From Neodothiora populina (Eukaryota): a stretch of 64,000 nt of DNA. Position 1 is the first letter of the stretch; every line of letters begins with the position of its first letter. The DNA is taken from positions 496,001 through 560,000 of the forward strand of contig NW_027191414.1 of the NCBI RefSeq assembly GCF_041146345.1. Direction: 5' to 3'. Positions 24,125-36,299 of the stretch are shown here, piece by piece. A program made the position numbers and the translations under genes. The notes beneath the pieces are model-generated. The model worked only from the letters and a program-made list of their open reading frames with translations, had not been told where the DNA came from and did no database searches.

Positions 24125-25503
24125 CTACTCTGGTCGAGGTCGCTTTGCGCCGTGCGGGTTCGCTGGTGACATGCCTGGTGATGCGGAGCCTGCTCCGGCG
24201 CCCTGGTTGAAAAAGTTTGGATTGGCGTATCCGCCTGCTGGAGAGACAATGATCAGTATATGGTCAGATATCAGTGGAGAAGAAAGGAAAATTAGTCTTA
24301 CCGACGCCACCCATACCACCCATTGCGCCCATCATGTTGGGCATACCGCCCATGCCGTTCATTGCTCCCATCCCACCCATCATGTTCGGCATAACGCCCA
24401 TGTTCATGTTGGGCATGCCTCCCATTGCAGCCATTGGATTGTTGAACCCCCCTCTGCCACCGCCTCGGCCTTGAAATCCAGCACCGCCGCGCATACCGCC
24501 CATCATGTTGCCGCGGTTATTGAATCCTCCTCCCATGGCAGCGTTGTAGCCTCCTGCCATTGCAGGGTTGAAGCCGCCGTTCATCATAGGATTGCCAAAG
24601 TTGCCGCCGCCTCTAGCCATTCCGCCGCCCATGCTATTCATGTTGTTCATGCCCCCTCGGTTGAATCCACCTCGACCTCCTCGGTATCCTCCTCCTCCCA
24701 TGTTATTGTTGTTGTATCCACCTGCTGGACCACTGTTGTTGTAGGCACCGACCTGGCCGGTCTTGTTGTTCCGAGGCGCATCCTTGGGACTCGTCTTGAA
24801 TGGGTTGTATTCCGGACGTGCGTAAATGATGGTGTACTTTTTGGCATAAGCCTGGTCTGCTCCGAACGTGCTGATGTGGCGCTTCAACGCTGTCGCAGCC
24901 TGGGCAGATTTCATCTCGACAAACGCCTCGCTACACAGATGCGTTAGCAGGACTTCTTGACCGTATGAAGCATGTGGCTTGCAGGTCACAGCAAACGTAC
25001 CCTTTGCTCTTGCCATTGACCTTGTGTTCGTTGAACGTTAGATCTTTCAGCTCATCTTCGACTCCGCATTGATTTGCCCATCCTCGAACATCGTCTTCGG
25101 TAGTCCACCATTGCAATTCGCCTAGCTTGAGCGCACTCGTGGCGCCCGGATCGACGTCTCTATCATCGTGTTCGCCTTCTCCCTTTCTCTTGACGCCTTG
25201 TTGCGTAGGGGCTTGTTTCGGCGCATTCACTTCGCCACCGGAGCCTCCGCTCGTACTTGAGATTTGTTGCGCTTGATTTTGATCATGGTCCATTTGTTGC
25301 TGCTGATGTGATTCTTGGTCTTGTTTGATTTGTTCGGGATCACCTTGGAGATTCGTGTTTGAGTCTACCGGTGGCTCTGTCTCCGGCTCGTTTTTGATTG
25401 ATGTGTCATTGGTGGATTGGGGCTCGGTAGGTTGAGGTTCAGCTTGAAAGTCTTGGGTCTCGTCCCCATAGATGTCGATGTCGAAGTTGTCGTCGTCAGC
25501 CAT
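24125..25503 (-). CDS. RBP35: Cleavage factor Im large subunit (CFIm68/CPSF6; RBP35-type RRM + RGG + Met/Asn/Gly-rich); introns 24931-25000 and 24238(or 24235)-24301
   Basis: MADDDNFDIDIYGD N-terminus; RRM with LQWWTTEDD and EHKVNGKSKG|EAFVE; RGG tripeptides in an M/N/G-rich tail; ends HGAKRPRPE. Confidence 0.85.
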
Positions 25504-25598
25504 CTTAACAACGGATGTTACGAGTCAACAGATTTGCGAAGAAGCTAGGTTCAGTTCAACACAGAGGCTAGCAGAGTCAAGAGAGTACAACGAGATTT

Positions 25599-25821
25599 CT
25601 GTCGACAGGAAACATCAGCGAAAGTTGTGGGAGAACAATATGGTTTATTTTCGAGGTTGATGTCTCTCGGGCGACCGAGGCTGATGGGTTTGCGGCATTG
25701 CCAGCATTGACGACTACTGACAGCATTTGATCAAATGGCTCGATCTTCCGACGACAAGAAACCAAGGGAGTACGAAAGAAAAGATGACAGATAGATGATG
25801 CGATGCCACGACCATACGTAC
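25599..25821 (-). promoter_or_regulatory. 5' UTR intron of the CFIm68 gene with overlapping uAUG and internal AATAAA
   Basis: Minus strand reads ctcAT|GTACGTATGG...GCTGAT...GACAG; uAUG at 25821-25823; AATAAA at 25644-25649. Confidence 0.65.
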
Positions 25822-26865
25822 ATGAGTATCCCTTGCGACGTTTCTCAATGGGCGGGTTTGCAATCAAGCTCGCTGCTCAGAGCAATACAGTTTCCTCCGC
25901 TTAATGACAACAGAGAGATGATGTAGAGAAGAAGAGCTGGGGTGTTTACAATGAAAGTAGCGATTTCCGCGCGCGACAGGCAAGGAAGAGAGAGAGACAG
26001 GAGAAGCAGCAGTAGTGTGAATAGAGTCGGGGATGAAGAAGGAATATGGGAAGCAAGTCGCCGCCTTGAGTCCAAGGTCAAGAAAGTCAGCTTCGACTCT
26101 TGCACCTTTACCGCCCTTTCTCTTTCGATGTCCTTTGTTTTGATGTTGTGTTGGGTCAGATGTCGCCAAGGCTCCTTGGTCTAGAGAGCGCGTTGTTGGC
26201 TCGACCGAGCTATATCAGTCGGACTGTCGCTTAGGTGTACTCAACTATGATACCGAGAAGGACTTGGGTCAACCGAGTCTTGCACCAAGACTGACGAAAG
26301 TGACAAGTGGCAATGAGTGAGATGTTTGGAGTCGATGGTTGTTGTGTGTAATTAAAGGAATGGACGAAGCCAATGACCGGATTCCACCCAACCTCTCTCC
26401 AGCTTCCACCGCAGGGCTGAAAGGTTGTCTCGGGTGTAGTGAACACGAGCGCCGCTGTTTGTCCTGTTTGCACTGACATGTGATAATCATCCAGATATCT
26501 CCTACACCATAGCGACAAAGAACATAGCAAATCGGAGGCGGAGGAAGGTGCGGGGGATCTGTGCTTCTTCCTTACCTTTACTGTCACTTCCAGTATGACG
26601 CTCACCAAAGGTACAGTACTGTACATAGCACAACGGCTCGTAGGTCAAGTCTGTTCCTTGACTTCAAGGATAAGGTACAATGACTTTTACATTCGTGGTA
26701 TCTAGGCACTTGATAGCCAGGTATGGGAACTATGATATAAAGTTTATGAGTAGGTTGTCTATATGTTCAGGTAACGACAGAATATTCTGCGAATGTAGAG
26801 AAAGTCAAAAAAAGACAAAGAGCACCAACAGGATGGCGCTCGGTGAAGCTGACAGTCCAGCCAAT

Positions 26866-29125
26866 CTATACCCACTTCCATGCCTCAGCGTCATGTCTCA
26901 GACTTGACCAAGGCAAGATCAATACTACCAGGCGCATCTCTGGCTTCCGCATCCCATGAGGAGGGGTACGAGGACGGTCAAGGGGCAATGATGCCATAGA
27001 GGGGGAACGTGATCCTATCGTTGGACCCTGGCTTGCATGACGACTACCATTACCACTGCCATCATCACTGCTGGCGATGATGGTGGCGGCCGGGACCTCA
27101 CCCTCGTCTGCGCCATTCATAAGTGTGTCTCTGCGCTTATCCCTCCGCATTTTTGTGGTGGTGGCGAACCGTCGAAGACCGGTTGCTTGCTGAGGTGGTG
27201 CCGTCGAAGTTTTATAGACGCACTCGAGGGTTCGAGAACTTTTGGTCTGCATAGCTTTCGGGTCTTGGATCTTCGAGAACCTTTTGAACAAGCCGATGGT
27301 GGTGGAGAACTTTTTCCGGGGCCCTTGTCTGTCCTTTATGGCTAAAGCAGTCTGCGGCCGGCCCGGCGACCTGTCACGTCTCTCGCGCATTTTGACCATG
27401 AGAATGTTAGAGTCGAGATTGCTTTGCTGTATCCTGTAAGTCTCGTCTTGTTGTTCGACGGCTTCGTGAACCATGCGTAAAAGCACAGAACCAGGTTTGT
27501 TATAGTCCACTTGAGCATCCAGATATGCAGCATCGTGCAGAACTTGGTCGACGATATCATCTCCATGCTCTCGACGCAGCTCAAGCTCGATGTGTTTCAC
27601 TCCTCCTAGATAGTACTTGTGAGACACGCGTGACCTATGCTGCGCTTGTTTGCTCTGCCAATTGTGCGGGCCTGCCTCACCATAGTGAGGGATGGTCAGC
27701 TGGCTGGTGTTGGGCTTTCGTACTGGTTCTGTGATGTCAAAGTCCATGCGCAGGTTGAGGAGCGCACCGTTGACGGAATTCAAGACGCTGCCTCTACGCC
27801 CCAAGGTACACTGGGAAGCAGACCGTCTTCGTTTTGTTCACAAGAATTTCGCTTTCATGTTGTCGACGCTGCTGCGCATTCCCAACGTTGATTCACGTAA
27901 GCTTCTGTGGCTCCATGAAGAGAAGAAGGCGTCAAGATGTTGTCTCAAAGATCTGTCCTCATCTTCATCTTGCTTTCGGGACGCGAAAGAGCGGTGATGA
28001 GCACTTGCTAGACCACCGATCGACCGGCTACAATCACGCATTGCTAGCAGGACTGTATGAGGGTTGGCAGGAGGTAGTTTAGCGAGTGGGATTTCTAGTT
28101 TTTCTGCATTGGCTCTCGAGAGCCGCAGCCGAGATGTTGAGGTGGGAAAGGAAATATCTCCTCTCGTTCTCGACGTCCCTCTGCTTATAGCGCTGGTGGT
28201 CTTTATAGTCATGAATCGAGTGGCTGATTGGAAGTAGATTTGGCGAGGTTGCGAAACTGGTGTCGAGGGTCAGCTTCGGTCGACCCGGGGAAATCTTGCG
28301 ATGTTCTGGTGCAGTAGATGGGCAATTGTGACTGGGTCCATGTCGGACTTGTCTTGTGGCTTCTTGGCCTGCTGTGTACGCCCGAGTGATGCGTTGAATA
28401 TCTCTGGCCAATCGAGGCGGTGGCGAGCCATATCTTTGACAGCGTTCCTTGTAGCCATCGAACATGCCTCTGACACAGTAACAAGCAAACTCTCTCGAAT
28501 GCGGGTAACATTCATTGATTTCAAAGAATGGGCTGAGCAATGGTGAGCCAGCTATCCATGCCAGAGATTTGAAGCAGTGCACGCAGATAGGACCATGAAT
28601 CCAGTCCTCGGTCAACTGGCCCCGTCCCTTCATGACGGCAGCGTAGGCAAAGATGCTGAAAAGACGGTGCTCAACAAGATATTCTGATTCAACGAGCAGA
28701 CTGCCACGTAGACTGTTCACTTTGCCTAACTGTAGGGCTGCGAGTCGGGCCTCGTCCAATATGGCGCGGTTGGATTCGGTGGCAGCATTGTTGATTGGGG
28801 TCACACTAGTTAGGACGAGTTGATGGTCTTGTGGAGAACAAGTCTCTTTCGGGCGTACAGATGGAGCCGGACATGAACTTTCGGCGCAGGTGTCGACGGG
28901 AATTGTCAGAGGTGAACCAGGCAGATTCAGTAAGCTGTTGTTGCTACGAGACACTTCAGAGGGCACGGTCACGAAAGAAGTCTCACTAGAAGAGCAAGAA
29001 ATGTGCGCTCCACCTATAAGCTCATAAGGTGTATCTGGGTCAGTAAGTGTTGTGATGCGGTTTGCAAGAGACCTGGTAGCTCGCGTCTGTGGTAGATCCA
29101 ATATGTTGGATAGGTCCAGTGTCAT
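26866..29125 (-). pseudogene. Disrupted hypothetical gene (about 750 codons): one frameshift near 28100-28115 and one in-frame TGA at 27838-27840
   Basis: Three abutting minus-strand ORFs. ORFs 2 and 3 share a frame across a single TGA (KFL*TKRRRS). No convincing intron bridges either break. Confidence 0.6.
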
Positions 29126-30246
29126 GGCAACTCTCGCGAAGAGCAGGGTTCATCGACAACGTGGGGGAATTGATACTCCAGACTCTGGTGGGACTTCAGA
29201 ACGATGGAGAGGACCATGAAGAGAAAGCATGATTTTGCAAATAGAGGTGAAGCCATCACCTCATGAACTTATAGCTGGGTAGGTGAAAGTGTATTGCAAC
29301 TATCAAGGTTCGGGCGATGAGTCTGATGCTGACCATTGCGATAGACCTGGTGAAGTATGACGCTTGGCATTTTTGAGCTAGTAAACCGCTTCTTCGGATG
29401 ATGTTCGAGAGATTTACAGCGAGAGATGGTCGCTCAGGAAAAGTGGTAGTAAGTTGTCTCACCAGAACGCGGAGGCGGCCTTGAAGCAAATGTGAGGACA
29501 GACATTGCCGACCATGACTCTAGCCATTAGCGTGACATGAAAAACGAATGGTTCACTTTCCACGTGCGTCCTATTTATGAAGGGAACGGAGGTCGGGATG
29601 CAGGGACTTCGACTGATACTCGTTAGAAGACTGCAGGGTGGTTGCAGTGCAACGAGCTTTCTCGAGCATGAATCATTGTTGTTTTGTATTACTGGAGTAA
29701 GAGTGGTAATTACAAGAAGTTGAGATTCGAGGATTCTTAACGGATTTCTTCCCCGCAGGCGGCGGTTATGGCTTGCGCTTAATTAATTAATCTTTATTGT
29801 TTTACCCGAGTGTTTGCTAATTATACAACATTTATCTGCGTCTTTCTTATTCGACAAGAATAGTCATTTCACTTGTAGAATTCCACAACTATTCCACCGA
29901 AGCATCGCTCTGCGCTCACAGCTCTGCAGTCCCACTGCCGTCTCTTGCACTCGACTTCTTACATGCTCGAAGATCAGAGACAAAAGTCACGACATCAGGC
30001 AGTGCGCTATCATACTAATGACCATATTTATTTGACGGTATAAGAAGTAACTGATAATCCTCCAAGTATGGGGTTCCATTATGAGAAGAGAAGAGGAGTG
30101 GGAAAGAAGAAGTGGAGGGGGTATATCTAAGTACTCGCTCAGAGAAGGAAAAACAACACGAGTTGAGAAAGTGAACAATAGTGCCTTATGCCACGCGGTG
30201 CAAACCTCATAAGCCCTTGTCTCTCCTCCTCTCCATTGTTCTATGT

Positions 30247-31644
30247 CTAGGCATGCTCTTTATTTCTTGGCGTCTTTGATGGCCCATTGCACGGCATCGT
30301 AGACGTCCTCGACAATGACCGAAGGCTTGTGAGCCGGCTCTCCGCCCTGGTAGACGCCCGTCTTGAGCAGGATGCTCTGCCATTTGCTGCCGTAAGGGGA
30401 CTTGTACGAGTTGCCGCCGAGAATGTCACTTTCTGTTTCTCATGATTAGTTCTCTGCGCATGATGTGATGAGATCTTTCGAAGAACGTACCAGGGTTGTC
30501 GCCGACCATGTACACTTTCCTCAGTGGTCTCAGCGTCTCCTTGCTCTCGTCCGGGTGTCCCGTGATCATGAGATTCTCCTCGAACAGCTTCTCTCTATAT
30601 GCCAGTAGTCTTTTCTCTGCGAATTCGTAGGTCGGCTGGTGGGGTTTGCCAATGACCGTCTTTATGAGCTCGGCGGGCTGCTTGCCGTGGCCTCCCGTGA
30701 TGGCGCGCCACACGCCTTGCAGAGCCTCGCGGAAGCCTCCTTGTCCCAGGCGCGAAAGATGGTACTTTGCCGCCCACCAGAGATCGGGATTCGAAAAGTA
30801 GAGTGGTGGCTGGCCGTCCTGCTGGTAGCCTCTGTTTGGCAGGCTGTCGTCTCCGTTCTTCTCGCTCAGTGTACCCATGATGCCCTCGCGCGACAGCAAC
30901 AGGTCCGTGATGACAGTGATGTCCAGACCCCAGTCTCTCGAGTCGTTGTAAACAAAGACAGCGTCGATCTTAAGACTCTTTTCGGGCTTGCCGGGAACGA
31001 TGGGCATAGGGAGCGGCTTGGCGAAACTGCGGTAGTAGTCTGCAAAGACTTTGGTGAAAGGCCAGATCTCGGGGTGTTGCGTCACAATGTCTCCGGGAGT
31101 GACTACGTTCTTGAATCCATATTCCTGAGCGACAATCTGGCAATTATCCCGATCCCCGCCGCATACGAGCACGGTCTTGTCGTAGAGGTCTGTGAGACCG
31201 GCGAAGGGTGTGTGCGACTGGATGAAGTTGTCCGTGTAGAGTTGGAAGTTGAGCTCGGAACTCAGATCTTCGACGCGCTGAGCCTCGGTCTTGCCGCCTC
31301 CATTGGTGAGCAGAACGAAGGGGATGTTGTTGTCCCGGAGCAGGCGGAGCGCTTTGGCTGCGCGAGGGAGAGGATCCGCTGAGCGCACCAGGACGCCGTC
31401 GATGCTGTGGATAGAGAGTAAACATCTGACTCATCCTGCAACAGCCATGTATAGGAGAATTGGGTACTTACTCAAAGGCAAAGGCGAAATCCGGTGCCTG
31501 AGGTGGACTAACATCGTCAATCAGACCGCGCGACTGGCAGAATTGCCATGGCCGTAGCAAGCCTTGCTGCGATCTGATGCTCTGAGGCCGTAGTGCTGGC
31601 CGTATGCAAGACCGCAATCTGGCCGCTGGTCGTAGAGTCGCCAT
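30247..31644 (-). CDS. HAD-superfamily class IIA hydrolase, CECR5/HDHD5-like, probably mitochondrial; introns 31405-31471 and 30433-30490
   Basis: FAFAFD|IDGVLVRS, LLTNGGG, FSNPDLWW, GKPH, YMVGDNP|ESDI motifs; Arg-rich N-terminal presequence. Confidence 0.93.
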
Positions 31645-32782
31645 TTGTGATAGGATGGGGAGAAAAGGGAATACTGCCCGAATTGATTATTATTTTACAC
31701 CATGTGCTATGACTGTACTGTTTTGTTATCGGCGCCTGACCGAAGCGGCAAACCATCGACGTCAGCGTTTGGTTCATTGTTCCTATCTACCTGGTATCTT
31801 GGCATCACACTTGCGCCTTATCTTCTTACCTATCTTCCCTATCTCAAATCATCTTACCTTGCGTAATGCTTAATAGGGTATCATGACCACTCAATCATAA
31901 TGAATCACAACATGCGAATCCGTCTTTGTGACAGTTGAACAAAGCCTCATATGTTCAGCGTTGGCAGATATGCTCGTGGTTTGGGCCATTTCGGCTAGCG
32001 ATTCTGCACACCTTCTAATCTAGTCATGCACCCTCGAATGCCATGACATCCTTTGGCCATTGGGCAAAGAATCCTGGCTCCTGTCCAAATGCTTGGGTAG
32101 CAATTGTGTCGCCTGCAAGGTCGAGCGAGACGAATGGCTCTCACCTCATTGCGCTTAGCACTCCTACCCATCTACTGGAATCAGCCTTGCGGAAGCCGAG
32201 AGACTACATTGGTCAGCGAATATCGATTCGGCATCACTTGTGCTGGCATCTGCTCCAGCTTCTTACGTCTTACCACCCGAGTACCCGGACAAGTCTTCCA
32301 TTGCCGAGCATTTGCAGCAGAGAGTATCAATTCGAGCACGACTCTAGGACAGGTGGGTCAATATTCTTGGTATATGTCCATGGTAAGACAACGATGTCAC
32401 TTCATTCCGCGTGAACATGTTGAGGTCTTCATGCCTGGCATGATGGTTGTCTGCCTCGTACTTGTCCATCAATGCAGGCAAACCCAGCCAGCAACGTCAC
32501 AGGTAAAAGTACCTCTTGTCAGCCGGGGCTCGCAACCTCAATGGCCTTTTTGTCCCGACCAACTGGTTTCAGCTTGGGTTCCGCAAAGCGTAATATCTAT
32601 TCATCTCCTGAGTGGTCCTCTCACAGATTGGTCATGAATCACTTTCTTCTACTGTATTTACCTGGGTTTGGTCGCCTGCTTTGATTTCTTTATTAAATGC
32701 TTAAACAAGTCGCGCGAACTATCGTCTATGACCACCTCCACAGCGATCGATGACTTTATTTTAGCTGTACTCCCATCTCATA

Positions 32783-33907
32783 ATGGCTCTTTCGTTCTAC
32801 AATACGCACGCCAGGATGGCTTCCTTTTCGCGAATTCTGTCATCTTTGCGCCAGGAAGAGCAAGCGTCAGCAACTCACATCTCCAAACGTTTGACCTACC
32901 CGGAGATCACTGTGACTTCTCCCCGTCCTCTACCGGCAGCAACGCCTGACGCGGACATCACTACTCACACTGAGTTGTCTCGAAAATATCCCCAGGACCA
33001 CCGCCACCGGATATCGCGAGATGATCTCGGTGCTGACACCGACACGATCAGACTTTTTCCTGCTCCAGCTGAGGACACTGAGCCACGCCGTCCTGCAAGC
33101 AACCCGTGTGCACGTCCTAGATTGAGCATAGCTTTCAATTGGCTAGCACGTCCCGCACGCCGGCTTAAGTTCAAAAAGCAGGCACGGCTCAAGACTCGCG
33201 ATGGCCTTAGAGAGCCAACCCAGGAAGGGGACACGGTGGCTTCCCCGTGCGCACCAGCATTGCACCCGCTCGAGCCTGAGATGCAAGGTACTGCTCTCAG
33301 CGGAGTCTCAACACCACCTATCTATAGCTCTGTGCTAGACCTGCCCAATAGGCTACATCAGCACGAGTACATCGTATCCACACCCGTTTGTCGTTCGAAA
33401 GATCGAGCAGAAGACGTCAACCCCTCCCTAGACGTCCGAGGCGCAACTCAAGAAGAGCAAGCTTTCCCAACGACGCACAGGCGTCGACTAAGCCCATGGC
33501 GATTATCGCCTGTCGCCTCATTTCCTGAGTTGACTTTATTGAAGAATCGAACTATAGGCAACACGCGAGAGGTGCAGGTTGACGTCTCACTGAATTCTGA
33601 TCCCGAAGCACATCATCACTCAGCCCCTGCTGCCGTCCCAAACTCAGATCTACTCACCATCGACACGGCAACTCACAGGCACGATTCAATGTCTGTGAAC
33701 CTCAGTCTCGCAACAACAGTCACGGACACGAATAGTGATGTGTTCACTACATCGTTCATCACTTCTCACGAGGAAGAAGAGGCTTTTGATAGGATATACC
33801 CAGGCAGACGCAAGAAGCCGTCGTTGACTATGAAGTTGTTCAGTAGGCTATGTCGGAGCTTCAAGGGGCTGGTCTCCTCAAGGAAGCCGACCACACTGCG
33901 GCAATGA
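32783..33907 (+). CDS. Hypothetical S/T/P/R-rich, probably disordered protein (start 32783 or 32816)
   Basis: Uninterrupted 374-codon ORF in otherwise ORF-poor DNA; no recognisable motif. Confidence 0.55.
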   Translation: MALSFYNTHARMASFSRILSSLRQEEQASATHISKRLTYPEITVTSPRPLPAATPDADITTHTELSRKYPQDHRHRISRDDLGADTDTIRLFPAPAEDTEPRRPASNPCARPRLSIAFNWLARPARRLKFKKQARLKTRDGLREPTQEGDTVASPCAPALHPLEPEMQGTALSGVSTPPIYSSVLDLPNRLHQHEYIVSTPVCRSKDRAEDVNPSLDVRGATQEEQAFPTTHRRRLSPWRLSPVASFPELTLLKNRTIGNTREVQVDVSLNSDPEAHHHSAPAAVPNSDLLTIDTATHRHDSMSVNLSLATTVTDTNSDVFTTSFITSHEEEEAFDRIYPGRRKKPSLTMKLFSRLCRSFKGLVSSRKPTTLRQ

Positions 33908-35634
33908 AACCACCCACGGAAGGCTAGATCCCCGCTCTGTATACATCACTCCCTACTCACTTCCCATGAGGCAACCTATAGTTCACAACGGCCATACCAG
34001 TGCTTGTATAAAGACAAACTTTGGAGAATCTAGATATTCCACCAATAAACAATCTCAAGATGAACTTCGCCACGAGTGGCCCTAGGTCGATAGGATGGTC
34101 GCGGCAGACCTGTACAAGAAGACACATACAGCCACATCGCTGCGGCGCCTGCGATCACGCGCGGAGGGCTTCGCTGGCCGCGAGGGTTCTCTGCTAGACC
34201 TGTTAATGGTTTCGTGTATTCTGACTTTCTCCCGTAAAGATATTACGTGTTCTGCCATCTACGAGAGTCGAGGACGTCTCCTCCATGCGCCTGCTGCTTG
34301 TCCTTTTTTCTGTGCGGTGAAGCAATTTCGTTCTAAGCTGTTTAGCTTCTTTGTTGATACACACTTTGGCTAAATGGGTGAAGGAAACAAATGCGAGGTC
34401 TCTTGCTATACATCTTGTGATACAAAGTGACATCTCTAAGCCGGGAGTTTGGTGAAATATTTCGCAGGAATGTGGTGCTTTAGATTGCTTTAGCCTACAG
34501 AACAAGGTGAGTGTCGTCCTGGAGAAGTGAGCGAGCGACTGTGACGACCGTGCGGTTGTATCTCTCCGCCACGCCGGTGCTTTCGTGTGAATACGGTGGT
34601 TTGGCTTCAGTGACGATGCCATGTTTGCGAATGATGGAACTTTCAGTACTGGACATGTATTCGCCGCCGGGTTAGGTAGCTCCTGCCGCTTTTGAGTCTA
34701 CCTGCTCGCCTTGTGCCACATGACACACTTTGATGTAGTCAGTATACTCTAACACTCTCCACGAGTCTGAGAAGTCACGCTAACAGGATATATGTATAAT
34801 GCCATTCTTCCGCCATATCATTACATGAGAAGACGGCTACCAGGACGATGGAAAGGGTACGATCGGGGCGCCTTCAGACAGAAGCCGAGGAGGCACCCAG
34901 CCCTGCAGATGGAAGGCAAGGGAAGGGAAGGTAGGGGAGGAAAGGGGCACAGACGATTACATCTCACGCACTGCTCATGGCTTTCTAGTATTCTCTGGCC
35001 CCCCACAGAATTAGGAGGACGCGAATAGAGAAGACTGGGAAAGACATACTTCGTTCGCGCGTGCCTACGTGTTGAGCCTCGCCCTCTCCCACTCTCCAGG
35101 CAGGAGTCCTTGACACACCGCACACGGGCTGATTTTCCTTCGGTATGCTGATCTTCGAGTATATGTCATTTGACGAGAGTGTTGAGGCGGGATATATATG
35201 TGCCTCGGTTCTGGAGCGGGGGTTGTGGACATGGTGTTAACTTATTGTTTAGCTGTGTAAAGAGAAGGAGCTTGAGGTCGTCGTGAATACAATTCATTTG
35301 TATGACTGGTAGTTTTATGTGGGTATTGACAAGTAGATGCCAAGTTGCTAGCACACATTGACGTGAAATTATTTTTCTGACTCGTTCCTCATGCCTCACT
35401 TTCAAGACTCTTATAGTGTACTCGGCATACATCATTGTAGCTCATTCGTGACACATCTATCTACTTGTCAGATGAGCAAGGTGGTGAAATGTTGAGACTA
35501 TCACAAAAGGCGAAACAGGACAGGGTCGCCCTCGTTATCCTGATCCAGAATTGAAAGGAAGTTAATCGCAGCCTCACCACATCAATCGAGAACCAGAATG
35601 AGCCGAACTATTTGCCCCGAAAATGAAGTGCTAT

Positions 35635-35726
35635 TGGCCTTGTGGAGGATCGAAGTCCAGACCTTCAGCATTTGATGGTAGTAGCAACACGAAGAAGATA
35701 CAATGCAAAGCAGACTCTACAAGCCC
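35635..35726 (-). pseudogene. Degenerate intron-containing tRNA-Ala(TGC)
   Basis: Minus strand: GGGCTTG-TAG-AG-TCTGC-TT-TGC-A-[about 33 nt intron]-T-GCTGA-AGGTC-TGGAC-TTCGATC-CTCCA-CAAGGCC-A. The D arm is missing and there are mismatches in the acceptor, anticodon and T stems. Confidence 0.65.
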
Positions 35727-36109
35727 AATCGATGAGGGGTAGATGGTGACTCGAATGGAGCGTCATCCATGTACTTGTGCTGCTGCCTTGACGGTCCTGG
35801 TGTTGTTCCATGTCACGACTTCAGCAGTCATCGCTAGCGGTTGGCTATCCTTGGAGCTGAATATCAAAATGGTGGGAAGCCTTTCGTAGAGAACACGGAA
35901 GACCTACCTGGTCCAAGCCGGCTCAACAGGACGTTGTAGGCCTTGCAATGTTCCACAGCACTTACCCACCACGTCCTGTTAAATCCAAAGAACATGTTCA
36001 TGTCGTTGTCCTGTCTTTGCGCAAAATATCTATACCAGACGAGGCGTCATGGTATCATCACGTGACGGGAAGCCAGTCCTCTCAGAGGACTTCGAGGCAA
36101 TCAATCGCG

Positions 36110-36192
36110 GCCGGGGTAGCTCAATCGGTAGAGCGTGTGGCTCTTATGAAGAGACAACCTCAAGGTCGCGGGTTCGAGCCCCGCCTTCGGCT
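36110..36192 (+). tRNA. tRNA-Lys(CTT) with 10-nt intron (36147-36156)
   Basis: GCCGGGG/CTTCGGC acceptor stem, TAGCTCAATCGGTAGAGC D arm (A box), anticodon CTT at 36143-36145, GGTTCGAGCC T loop (B box). Confidence 0.9.
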
Positions 36193-36227
36193 ATTCCTAC
36201 TTCTTCCTGTGACGATGAGTTTCTTTC

Positions 36228-36299
36228 GGTTGTATGGTGTAATGGTTAGCACACGAGATTCTGATTCTCGTGATCCCGGTTCGATTCCGGGTACGACCT
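36228..36299 (+). tRNA. tRNA-Gln(CTG), intronless
   Basis: GGTTGTA/TACGACC acceptor stem, TGGTGTAATGG A box, CGAGA-TT-CTG-AT-TCTCG anticodon arm, GGTTCGATTCC B box, TTTT run at 36304-36307. Confidence 0.93.

Noticed and set aside
27838..27840. In-frame TGA as selenocysteine, readthrough or A-to-I restored stop
   Set aside because: No supporting SECIS or readthrough context, fungal restorative editing mostly targets UAG, and the same gene also has a frameshift.
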